From Geosiphon pyriformis uo1 (lineage: Eukaryota; Fungi; Glomeromycota), in assembly GCA_016748015.1 (NCBI GenBank), contig JAAOMT010000245.1, positions 1 through 64,000 of the forward strand: DNA of 64,000 nucleotides, read 5' to 3'. A program made the translations under genes and the position numbers. This document shows positions 11,114 to 22,900 of the stretch, piece by piece; within the stretch, counting starts at the first letter, position 1, and every line of letters starts with the position of its first letter. The notes below the pieces were generated by a model that was not told the origin of the DNA, did not search any database, and worked only from the letters and a program-made list of their open reading frames with translations.

Positions 11114-14100
11114 CTAATCTTGCCTTATCCTTGAGAGACAATCAACGTTGGTGTGGAGTTTTCCTGGTTTGTAGTGTACAATGTATCAATAATTAGCTAA
11201 AAATCCTGTCCATTGGGTTTGTTTTGCGTTCAGCTGGGTGTTTTTGTTTTAAAGCCATTTAAGTCCAATATTATCAGTGATAATATCAAATTCTTTGGGT
11301 CTGAGGTAAAAGTTAAAGTAATGTAGAGCCCAGATTACTGCTGCGGTTTCTAATTCTGTTGTGGGATAGTTCTTTTTGGCTGGCTTTAATGTTCTACTAG
11401 CATAAGCAATTACTCGCTTATTTCCATTGTCATCTAACTGTGATAAGATGGCACCAAAGGCAGTATAAGAAGCATCAGTTGCTAACCGGAATTGGTTGCT
11501 GAAGTCTGGGTAGGCGAAGATTGGGGCTGTTGTGAGTTTTTTCTTGAGTATCTTGAAGGCATTTTGGTGTTCTTTTGTCCATTTGTATTCAACATTTTTT
11601 GTAGTGAGCTGATTGAGAGGTTTTGCAATTTCTGAGAATCCTTTGATGAATTTTCGGTAATAGGATGCTAATCCAATAAATCCTCTTAATTCTGTGGTAT
11701 TTCGTGAAGTTTTGAAGTTTTTAACAGTACTGATTTTTCCGGGGTCTGGTTTAATTCCATCTTTGTTAACAATGTGACCAAGAAAAGCTAAACTTGTTTT
11801 TCCAAAGTAGTATTTTTCAATGTTCAGTTTCAATCCTGCTTTCCGTAATCATTGAAAAACTTCTCGCAGGTGAATTAAATGTAGCTCGAAAGATGGTGAA
11901 TAAACATCAGTGTCATCAAGATAAACTACTACTGATTTCCAAAGGAGGCTTTTGTAAACAACATCCATGAGTCTTTGGAATGTTGCTGGTGCATTGCATA
12001 ATCCAAAAAGCATTACATTGAACTCATAATTTCCTCCTTGAGTGGTGAATGCTGTTTTAAAGCGGTCTTTGGGATCCATAGCAACTTGTCAGTATCCATT
12101 CTCTAAATCTAATGTTGAAAAGTATTTGGACTTTCCAAGGGCATCCAACATGTCATCAATTCGGGGAAGAGGGTAGGCATCCCCAATAGTGACACTGTTA
12201 AGTTGTTAGTAATCAACACAAAATCGTATCTTTCCATTTTTCTTTTTAACTAGAACCACAGATGAGGCCCATGGGCTCATTGATGGTTGAATAAGCCTAT
12301 TGTTAAGCATCCATTGTACTTCTTCTTGGATAAATTGGTGACTTTCTGGAGCAATTCGGTAGGCTTGTTGTCGCCTGGGTTTGGCATCTCCTATATAGAT
12401 TTGGTGTTGAACCAAATCAGTTCTTCCTAAGTCATTGTTGTTTTTGGCAAAGATATCAGCAAATTCTGCAATTAGTTCTTTGAGCTGGGTCTGTTGTTGT
12501 AGTTCAAGTTGTCCCATGTTGATTCGAGATAGTTTTTCCATGACAACATGGTAGTTTTCAGAGCTAGAGTTTGGGTTGATTTTTGGTAGTGAATGTCCAA
12601 TAATTTCAGAGAAATCGGAGACTGTTTGGGGTAATTTTTGTTGAAATATATTACTGTGAATAACTTCAATTTCTAAATTATTTAATAAAATTATGGGGTA
12701 ATTATTGGGGTTGTAAAAAGTAACTCGGACTTTCTTTGTTCCTTCTGGAATATAAATGTTTGGGATCAAAATATTATGTTCCAAGCAGACTTGTTCATTG
12801 GACTCAAAAATTTGTTGTGTGATTGTTGGCTTTGTGCAAGTGTAAATTTCTGAATGTTCTCCAAAGGGTGAGATGATAATCGGTTGTGGAAGTCTGAGAA
12901 TCTGGTGGGATTCGTTCTGAGTGTTAAGAGCTATATTAACTGGAACTGTGAATCATCCAGTTGAACCAAAACCTTGGGTTCCTTTATCGTTTTTTCCTAA
13001 TTGTTCTCTTTGATTGACTAGTTGCAAACCTGAAATGTTGATTAAGGGTAGGTAAATAGCTTGGGCAATTTTTTCAGTATGTTCGATCTTGAATGGTTTG
13101 TCAGTCTTATTTTGAAGCATCACTGTTATGTCTCCCGTATATCCAGCATCAATTATTTCTCCTCTAACATTGATTTCTTTGCTTGCCAGAGAGGACCGAG
13201 AGGCAATTTGAACCATTGCTCCTGGTGGGATTTCGAGTGCAATTTTGAGGTTGATTTTTGTAAGAGATTTGGGTTTGAGAACAAGAGTATTCTTGCCTGG
13301 ATATCTTAGGTCATATCCAGCATCAATTTCGTGTGCTTTTTCAGGTTTTATTCCTTGTCCGTTGTTGTTGAAGTATTTAAGTTGTAAGGCAGGCTGATTT
13401 TCGATAAGGTAGATAGGTGTTGTTTTAATTTCTTCTATTTCTTCAGGTTCTCCAAATTCAATTTCATTCTCATCATTTTCGCTGGACAAGGGGGTACTAA
13501 GATCATAGCATTCAGGACACCATTGTTTATTGCAAGGCATAATGTATTCTTCACATAGCCTAATGTTCATTTGCTCTAATCGTTGAATTTGAGCTTCTTG
13601 GGTCAGGCAGATGTGACTTGCAATTTGGTGATAGACTTCTACTTCATCTTCGTAATCAAATCCAGCTAATTCCATAGTGTATTCAATGTATTCTGCTTCC
13701 TTCATCTGATGAACATCTTCTTTGGTAGCTCTATTAATTAATGCTATTGCTAAGTCGAAAATCATCTCAGCATCATGAAGGTAGTGATAGAGTTTGTTGA
13801 AAGCACTGTTGTATGCTGCATTAAAGGGTGTTCCTCTTTTTACTTTTTCTGAAATTGATAAGGCATATTGGCAGGTCTGATCACAGATGCCTCCTCTCAT
13901 TGCTACATCAATCCAATTGCATTCTTCCGGTAGCATATCTCCACAAATCAAACAAGCAGTGTTGTCCCATTTTCCACTCCTTTTTATTAAATGGCCCCAT
14001 CGCTCTCTGTGGCAAGCCTTGCAGTAATAACAAATGTGATTCTTATATTCTTCTTCAGGTGAAATGCAGGCTCCCATTGATGATAGTTTCTTGTGGCAGT

Positions 14101-16732
14101 CTTTACATTTAAGGGGAATATAGGGGCATTGTTTTCTTGGTTCGGGTTTTGAGTAAGGTATATTCCATTCAGAGGTTTCGGGTTTAGTGTGTGTGGTAAA
14201 ATGTTCTTGTTCTGTTTCATTGGCCCAATTGGACGTTGATCCAAGAGCCATAAATGTTTCGATTATTGGTTTTTCTTCTTTTGGTTCAAATTCAAAAGCT
14301 GGGGCTTTTTCAGAGTGTTTGTTGAATGTACCACAAATGACAGGTATCCGGGCGTGTTGTCCTTGGTAGGAGATTGTTAACTCTTGTGTTTCCCAATTCA
14401 GATTAGCATTGGCTTTTTGAAGCCAATTATTTCCAATGAGAGCTTGGTACTAGGGTGCATTTATTACAAGAACTTTGACTAGAATGGTAATTCCATTAAG
14501 AGTGAATGGGAAATTGTCAATTTCTCTCACTGGTGTCTTTTTCATGTCATCAGCAGTAATGATTACTGTTTGAGCTGGTCGGTCGACATTTCTTTTCAAC
14601 TGTTGCATTAACTGGTAGGTAATAATGCTTCCGGCAGATTCACTGTCTAGGATCAAGCAAATTGGCTTTCCTTCTACTTCAGCTTCTGCATATATTACAG
14701 TGATGGCTTTTTGTTCATTAGCTGCTGCATTGCTAAGCAAGAATGGTGATTCATTTGCTTCAAATTCAAAAGAAAAGATATCAGAGAGATTGGCATTTTT
14801 AGCAATTCGGACTGGTGGAATAGTGGTGTGGTTATGAGAAGAGTTTCGTTGTTGTTGTGCTGCAGCTCTATTTTCTGAGAGTACAGTATGGTGAAAATCC
14901 TGTTCTTCCAGCATTGTTAAATAACTGGGTTGAGTGTGGTAATGGTTGGGTCTTGATTGAGTGGTATTTCGAAGAACCAATTGGTTGTTCGAACTGATTC
15001 TACTGTTGTTTACTTGGTATCGGTTTTGTGGTGTGAATTGATTTTGTGTAATCAGTCTTCAAGCAGGTACTTGATAATGTTGTGTGGGTGGTTGTTGGTA
15101 TTGCTGTTGGATTGGTTGTGGGACAGGCTGATAATAGTTATTTTGGTATTGGGGTCTTGGTGGATAGTAAGTTGGTGGTAATAGTTGATAATAAGATTGC
15201 TGTGGTGGAGAGTAACATTGATTATCCCTATTTTGTTGATCTCATTGCAGCTTTCTGCAATCTCTTTTCCAGTGGCCAGAGATTCCACAGTAATGGCAAT
15301 TTTGGGGCTGGTTATTGGAAAGTGGTGCAAAGTTATTTTGATTTCATCTTTGGGGTGGTTGATATCTTTGGGATTGTTGTTGTTGGTTGGTAAAATAGTT
15401 TTCAATCTTCTTTGTGAGTTGGTCAATTTTTTTCTCAGCTGCTGAGCTGGTTTCTCAAATTGCCAAATTTACAAGTTTTGTACAATTGGCTTCTTTTATG
15501 GCCATTTCATATCTTTTCGCATGCTGTATTGCAAAGTTTAAATCTTCTGGCACATGTGGGCGAACCTTTTTAATTAGTTTATCTTTTAGACCAGCAATAA
15601 ATTGATCCAAGATTTGAGCATCGGAATAATAATTATTTGTCTCGAGTTGGCAAATCCATCTGAGAAGTTTGTTGAATTTCCCAATATAAGTCAAAACGGA
15701 TTCGGAGGGTTCTTGTTTGATATTTTGAAAACGATTGCAAAGAGTGATAGAGGTATTATTGTCGGTGAACTGTTCAAGAAAGGCTGCTTTGAAAGCATTT
15801 CAATCATTGAATGGAGCGGCAAGGTTTTCAAACCATTCTCCTGCTGTTCTTTTGAGAAAGTAGGGAATTGTTCTTAACATTCTGGCAGCGTTCCATCCAT
15901 TTGCATCTCCAGCTTTAGTAACTTGGTCAAGCCATTCTTGGGGACTGGTCTCAATATCTTTTCTATTAAATTCAGAGATTTTTGCGATGTATGTTGTCAT
16001 TTTGTTTTCTTCGTTTTCACTGTCTATTGATTTTTCTTTGGTTATTTCAGAGTTGTTTTCTTTGTTTGCTGCTGTCTCAGAGTGTTCACTTTGATTTTCA
16101 GCTAGAAAATCAAGGAGATTGGAACTAGTTTGAAGGGGTTCTTGTTGTTTGGTGGAACTTCTGAGTAATGTAAAATCTTTTGGTCTTGCAAATCGATTCA
16201 AGGGTAAATTAGATGTTTGTGCTTGTGCGAGTGAAGCTGGAAAAGGTGTGATAGTAAGTGGAAGTTTTGAACTGGTTCCTTGTTCAGGTGTTTGTAAATG
16301 TTTGGCAGTTGTTTTCGGTAGTGTTGGAGTATTTGGGATGGTTCTTGAATATTGCTTTAATTTGTTTTTGCCTTTGTTGCTTGTTTCTGTTTCCAATTCA
16401 AAATCAATGGTGTATTGAGACTGCACTGGGTATGTTTCTTCACAGTATTTGATAATATTAAAATTAAGTTTGTGAAAGTAAGTGGCAAGTGTTTCACTAT
16501 TAAGATCTTCAGTTCCCAACTGTGAATAGTGTGCTAAATTATTGTAAAGATTGCTTCTAACTTCTGAGATATTGTAATTTCTAAAAAGATAATTGTTGAT
16601 GCGGTTTTCAATGTATTGGTATACTGATTTCTTGACAACTTCAATTCCGTTTAGATTGTTGAATCTTTGCTTGCAGTGGGTGTAAATTGATTGGTAATAC
16701 TCTAGAGTTGTTGCGTCTGGTGTGGTCTCCAC
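11114..16732 (-). pseudogene. Gypsy A1 gag-protease-Cys-rich domain-dUTPase-RT-RNaseH polyprotein; single frame with multiple stops
   Basis: ORF fragments starting at 16732, 15694, 14980, 14251, 12784, 12079 and 11833 share one frame. Motifs: CHYCGISGHWKRDC knuckle, LILDS, DAGYDL/SRSS/IIDAGY/GFGSTG, YLDD, TDAS...YPTTELE. Confidence 0.92.
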
Positions 16733-16757
16733 TTTGAATTTGTTTTTGCTGTGTTAT

Positions 16758-16775
16758 TTCTGTGGGAGAACACCA
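16758..16775 (-). promoter_or_regulatory. Primer-binding site of A1 (A2 copy 25625-25642); tRNA identity not assigned
   Basis: TGGTG(T/C)TCTCCCA begins 2 nt inside the LTR end; TGG is complementary to tRNA CCA. Confidence 0.75.
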
Positions 16776-16777
16776 AA

Positions 16778-17760
16778 TGTTACTGGAGGTTTTTTTGGTC
16801 TCTTTTCTGTAATGTTGTTGATACTTATTTGCTGTGAATTTACATTTTCTGGATGTGGTTGAACCTCTAGTAACTGAATTTATCTTCAAATTATCTCCTA
16901 TAATTTGAACTTGCTGGGCTTATGAGTAGAATAGCCAATTCCATGCCAGTTGCTTTGTGTAGTTACGTTGTAGTAAACGTCAACTCTTTTCCAGGAATTG
17001 CTTGTCTGGAAGCTCACTAAAAATGTGTAGTTACTTTGCTGTAAAAGTCAACTCTTCTACAGGAATCTCGTCTGTAGGTTACCCTAATGATTATGATAAG
17101 AAAATAAAAGAAAATAAAAGAAATGTAAAAGAAATCAAATTTTGTCAAGAGAAACGTTTTCGATCCAGACCTGGAGTCACTAACAGTTTTATTAAAATTG
17201 GTAGCTAATCAATTTCAAAACGTTAGTTGGGTTTTGGGGATTTTCCAAGGGCAATAATTAAAGAATTTGGTTTTTCAATTATTTGATATTTATTTGTTTT
17301 TGTGTGTATAAGAACAGTTTTTAAGAGATAAATCTAAAGTAAGATACATTTTCTCGAAGAGAGAAGCTCTTCTTTTATACAACTTGTCGTAATACTATTC
17401 TATGAACTTGAACTTTGCTATTTTTTACAATTTCGCTGAACTAAAGATGCATTTCGGCAAACTACAAGTTATTTCTGCGAACTATTAAATATTTCGGTGA
17501 ACTATCACTTATTTTAGCAAATTTCTATAAATTTCAGCAAACTTTTGAATGTTACATAGTTCGGGGTATTGTATGATGGATCATCACAATTAGGTTATAT
17601 TTGTGTTGTGTACAATTTGGGTTATTAATTAAATGATAATTTCGGACATTCTTTGCTAATGTAATAAGTGATAATTTGAAACAATAATATGTGTTAATTA
17701 ATGATAGGAATTATAAGATAGTTTCATGCTAAATGATATCTCTAATTTTATCTGGTAACA
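16778..17760 (-). repeat. LTR2 (shared central LTR), 983 bp
   Basis: TGTTAC...GTAACA; A1 PBS on one side and A2 PPT on the other. Confidence 0.95.
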
Positions 17761-18448
17761 TAACCTCCTCCTCAAGACTGAGCTCTGTCGAAGTCCAAGT
17801 ACTGTCTGTTATTTCCAGATAATAATCCACAATTATTGAAGAAATTTGGTCTGAAAATTGTTGAAATTTTAGTTCTGTAAGCTTTTCAATGTATTGAATC
17901 TTCAAAGGTTGAAAAATTGGGTTTTGTAGTATGTTTTCACAGGTGTGGAATAGGTCATAAAGTCTAAGAGCAGCTCTAAGCCTGTAACGACTGTTTGTTA
18001 ATCCAGCTGTTGTCTTGAATTTATTGTGAAATTGTTTCTGAATAGTTTCTTTTGTGAGGTTTGCTGTTGTAAGTTCCAGTTTCTGTTCGTAGAGTGTTTT
18101 TCTGATGTGAAAATATCTATAAATTGGAGGATATTCAGTGTTTTCCTCATTAAGGCACAGTTGAAATTTTTGTTGAATTGTAGCATTTGGTGGAATACTA
18201 ATCAGAGTGAGCATTAGGTTTTCTCTTAAAGCAAGTTTTAAAAGTTCTGGCAGGTGAATTCCAGTATAACTTCTTGTGTTCTTTTTATATGGGTGATATT
18301 TTCGTGAATTTGGGGCTAAATTTGTAACTACTTCTGTTTGGGTATAATTAATGTGGTTTCCAGTAATAGTAATGGATAATTCGGGTATTGTTTTTAAAGC
18401 TAACATTAGTTTTTGGGATAATTGTTGAATGTTTTGAGGAATAGTCAT
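17729..18448 (-). CDS. Gypsy A2 accessory ORF3, 239 aa, open; runs through the PPT into LTR2
   Basis: ORF 17729-18457, first ATG at 18448; homologous to A1 ORF3 and to the family B ORF at 60682-61340. Confidence 0.75.
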   Translation of the reverse strand: MTIPQNIQQLSQKLMLALKTIPELSITITGNHINYTQTEVVTNLAPNSRKYHPYKKNTRSYTGIHLPELLKLALRENLMLTLISIPPNATIQQKFQLCLNEENTEYPPIYRYFHIRKTLYEQKLELTTANLTKETIQKQFHNKFKTTAGLTNSRYRLRAALRLYDLFHTCENILQNPIFQPLKIQYIEKLTELKFQQFSDQISSIIVDYYLEITDSTWTSTELSLEEEVMLPDKIRDII

Positions 18449-18562
18449 TATAAGCAATTGAAAGAATAAAAATTATTTTTGGTGTATAAGTTTTTATGTT
18501 ATTTTTGTTTTGTTTTTGTGGGATTGTTTCTCAATTATAAGAGAATAACTAGTGAAATTAAA

Positions 18563-19949
18563 TTAAGTGTTCAGGTTGGAAGGTTGTTCAATGACAATTA
18601 TTGGTTCTAAGTTTCAGGGAATATCTTCGGGACTGACCAAAGGGGAATGTGTACCAATTTGTGGAATTAATGATTCAGGATTGTTTCTGGAATGATAGTG
18701 TTTCAAACGATCTCCATGTGCAATTTTTGCTAGGATTTTGTCATCAAGTCTTAGCTTGTATGATCCATTGCCTAGGACTTCATGGATAAAGAATGGTCCA
18801 TCCTATTTATTTTCAAATTTTCCACTCTATTGTTTTTCAGCTTTAGTTCTGTGTAAGAGAACTTTGTTTCCAATTTTGAATTTATTGGTGACTAAAGGCA
18901 ATTTGTTATCATGCCGTTCTTTTTGTTGAGCTTGGGAGTGTTTAATATGGGTGGCTGCTATTCGTCATTTTTCTTCCAATGTGCTAAGCAGAGTGTAGGC
19001 TCTTCACTGAAGTGTTTCTTGGAAGTTGTTTTCATCAATCGGTTGTACTGGATATGTTTCCACTGTGAAACTAATTGGTAACATTGCTGTCCTTCCATAA
19101 GTTAAATCAAATGGTGTGTGTTTTGTGGTATCTTGTTTTAATGTCCTATATGCTAGTAACACTGATGAAATAAAGAGATCCCCTTCTTGCTCAAAATTGG
19201 ATAAGACTTTGGCTAATGACTCACACAATGTTCTGTTAAAATGTTCCACAAGTCCATTTGTTTGTGGATGGTAGGGCGAAGACAGAGGTCTTTTGACATT
19301 GAATTGTTCACAAATTTTTTGTATCAGGTTGTTCACAAAGTGTGTTCCTTGATCGGATAAAAGTTCAATTAGACATCCATGTCTACAAATGATGTCTTTG
19401 TAGATGAAATTTGCTACTGATTTTGCATCTGCTCGTTGAATGGCTCTGGCTTCAGGCCATTTAGTAAGATAGTCTACAGCTACTGCAATATAACGGTTTC
19501 CTTGAGTGGTAATAGATAGTGGTCCAACTAAATCGATACCAATTCTGTCGAAAGGCTGTTCAACTTTGATTGGATTTAAAGGTTCTGTAGGGCGAGTTCC
19601 TCCTCTTCTTTGACAACTATCACAAGATTCGACATATTCGTGAATGTCTTTTCTCATTCGAGGCCAAAAGTAATATTCTAATGTTTTTTGGGTGGTGCTA
19701 TCTTTTCCGAAGTGTGCTGATGAAGGATCTGAGTGCATATTGTATAAAATGGTCTCTTTTTTCTGTTCTTGTATTAATCTGAGTGGTTTGGTTGGGTTTT
19801 TTGAAATTTCGATAATAGATAATGTTGTCGTATAGAAAATATTGTTTGGCTTGTCATTGTAACTGATGTTTTTTGTCTGAGGACCAATCTGTTGGGATTG
19901 TTAATGTCTCCAAATATTGTTTGAGATTGTTGTAGTTTTCAGGGTTCAT
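18563..19949 (-). pseudogene. Gypsy A2 integrase, separate ORF, with stops and a +1 T near 19800
   Basis: ORF 19004-19738 carries HHCC and the DDE core; ATG (MNPENY) at 19949. Confidence 0.9.
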
Positions 19950-19998
19950 TGTTTGTTGTTTTGATGCTGTTAATTCAAATGGGTGTTGGTTTTGTTTT

Positions 19999-22900
19999 CT
20001 AATCTTGCCTCATTCTTGAGAGACAATCAACATTGGTGTGGAGTTTTCCTGGTTTGTGGTGTACAATGTATCGGTAATTAGCTAAAAATCCTGTCCATCG
20101 GGTTTGTTTTGTGTTTAGCTGAGTGTTTTTGTTTTGAAGCCATTTAAGTCCAATATTATCAGTGATAATATCGAATTCCTTGGGTCTGAGGTAAAGATTG
20201 AAGTGATATAAGGCCCAGATTACTGCTGCGGTTTCTAATTCTGTTGTGGGGTAGTTCTTTTCAGCTGGCTTTAATGTTCTACTAGCGTAAGCAATTACTC
20301 GCTCATTTCTATTGTCATTTAACTGTAATAGAATGGCACCAAAGGCAGTATAAGAGGTGTCAGTTGCTAACCGGAATCAGTTGCTGAAATCTGGGTAGGC
20401 GAGGATTGGTGCTGTTGTGAGTTTTTCCTTAAGTATCTCGAAGACATTTTGGTGTTTTTCTGTCCATTTGTATTCAACATTTTTAGTAATGAGCTGGTTG
20501 AGGGGTTTTGTAATTTCTGAGAATCTTTTGATGAATTTTCGGTAATAGGATGCTAATCCAATAAATCCTTTTAATTCTGTGGTATTTCGTGGAGTCTTGA
20601 AGTTTTTGACAGTACTAATTTTTCCGGGGTCTGGTTTAATTCCATCTTTGTTAACAATGTGACCAAGAAAAGCTAAACTTGTTTTTCCAAAGTAGCATTT
20701 TTCAATGTTCAGTTTCAATCCTGCTTTCTGTAATCATTGAAAAACTTCTCACAGGTGAATTAAATGTAGCTCGAAAGATGGTGAATAAACATCAGTGTCA
20801 TCAAGATAAACTACTACTGATTTCCAAAGGAGGCCTTTGTAAACAACATCCATGAGTCTTTGGAATGTTGCTGGTGCATTGCATAATCCAAAAGGCATTA
20901 CATTGAACTCGTAATTTCCTCCTTGAGTGGTGAATGCTGTTTTGGGGCGGTCTTTGGGATCCATAGCAACTTGCCAGTATCCACTCTCTAAATCTAATGT
21001 TGAAAAGTATTTGGACTTTCCAAGGGCATCCAACATGTCATCAATTTGGGGAAGAGGGTAGGCATCTCCAATGGTGACACTGTTGAGTTGTCGGTAATCA
21101 ACACAAAATCGTATCTTTCCATTTTTCTTTTTAACTAGGACCACAGGTGAGGCCCATGGGCTCATTGATGGTTGAATAAGCCCATTGTTAAGCATCCATT
21201 ATACTTCTTCTTGGATAAATTGGTGACTTTCTGGGGCAACTCGGTAGACTTGTTGTCGTCTTGGTTTGGCATCTCCTGTATAGATTTGGTGTTGAACCAA
21301 ATCAGTTCTTCCTAAGTCATTGTTGTTTTTGGCGAAAATGTCAGCAAATTCTGCAATTAACTCTTTGAGCTGGGTCTGTTGTTGTGGTTCAAGTTGTCCC
21401 ATGTTGATTCGAGATAGTTTTTCCATGACAACATAGTAGTTTTCGAAGCTGGGGTTTGGGTTGGTTTTTAGTATTGAATGTCCAATAATTTCAGAGAAAT
21501 CGGGGACTATTTGGAGTAATTCTTGTTGAAATATATTACTGTAAATAACTCCAATTTCTAACTTATTTAATAAAATTATGAGGTAATTATTGGGGTTGTA
21601 AAAAGTAACTCGAACTTTCTTTGTTCCTTCTGGAATATAAATGTTTGGGATCGAAATATTATGTTTCAAGCAAACTTGTTCATTGGACTCAAAAATTTGT
21701 TGTGTGGTTGTTGGCTTTGGGCAGGTGTAGATTTCCAGATGTTCTCCAAAAGGTGAGATAGTAATTGGTTGTGGGAGTCTGAGAATCTGGTGGGATTTGT
21801 TCTGAGTGTTAAGAGTTATATTAACTGGAACTGTGAACCATTCAGTTGAACCAAAACCTTGGGTTCCTCTATCGTTTTTTCCTATTTGTTCTCTTTGATT
21901 GACTAGTTGCAAACCCGAAATGTTGATTAAGGATAGGTAAATAGCTTGGGCAATTTTTTCAGCATGTTCAATCTTGAATGGTTTGTTAGTTTCATTTTGA
22001 AGCATTACTGTTATGTCTCCCATATATCCAGCATCAATTATTCCTCCTCTGACATTGATTCCTTTGCTTGCTAGAGAGGACCAAGAGGCGATTTGAACCA
22101 TTGCTCTTGGTGGGATTTTGAGTGCAATTTTGAGGTTGATTTTTGTGAGAGACTTGGGTTTGAGAACAAAAGTATCCTTGCCTGGATATCTTAAGTCATA
22201 TCTAGCATCAATTTCGTGTGTTTTTTCAGGTTTTATTTCTTGTCCGTTGTTGTTGAAGTATTTAAGTTGTAAGGCAGGCTGATTTTTGATAAGGTAGATG
22301 GGTGTTGTTTCAATTTCTTCCATTTCTTTAGGTTCTCCAAATTCAATTTCATTCTTATTATTTTCGCTGGGCAAGGGAATATTAAGCGCATAGTATTCAG
22401 GACACCATTGTTCATTACAAGGCATAATGCATTCTTCACATAGCCTAATGTTCATTTGTTCTAATCATTGAATTTGAGCTTCTTGGGTCAAGTAAGTATG
22501 GCTTGCAATTTGGTGGTAGACTTCTACTTCATCTTCATAATCGAATCCAGCTAATTCCATAGTGTATTCAATGTATTCTGCTTCCTTCATTTGACAAACA
22601 TCTTTTTTGGTAGCTCCATTAATTAATGCCATTGCTAAGTCAAAAATCATCTCGGCATCATGAGAGTAGTGATAAAGATTGTTGAGAGCACTGTTGTATG
22701 CTGCATTAAAGAGTGTTCCTCTTTTTATTTTTTCTAAAATTGATAAAGCATATTGGCAGGTCTAATTGCAGATGCCTCCTCTCATTGCTACATCAATCCA
22801 ATTGCATTCTTCCGGTAGCATATCTCCACAAGTCAAACAAGGGGTGTTGTCTCATTTTCCGCTCTTTTTTATTAGATGGCCCCTTTGCTCTCTGTGGCAA

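Noticed and set aside
15059-15061. TGA shared by A1 and A2 after the gag zinc knuckle, as a programmed gag-pol readthrough site
   Set aside because: Fits CGA>TGA decay; both copies also share a TGA inside RT (11849/20735) that cannot be functional. A family consensus is needed.
16758-16775. Assigning the primer tRNA
   Set aside because: TGGTGCTC is compatible with several tRNAs; needs a match against the host tRNA set.
17729-18448. ORF3 as an env gene
   Set aside because: No signal peptide, transmembrane anchor or fusion-protein features are visible.
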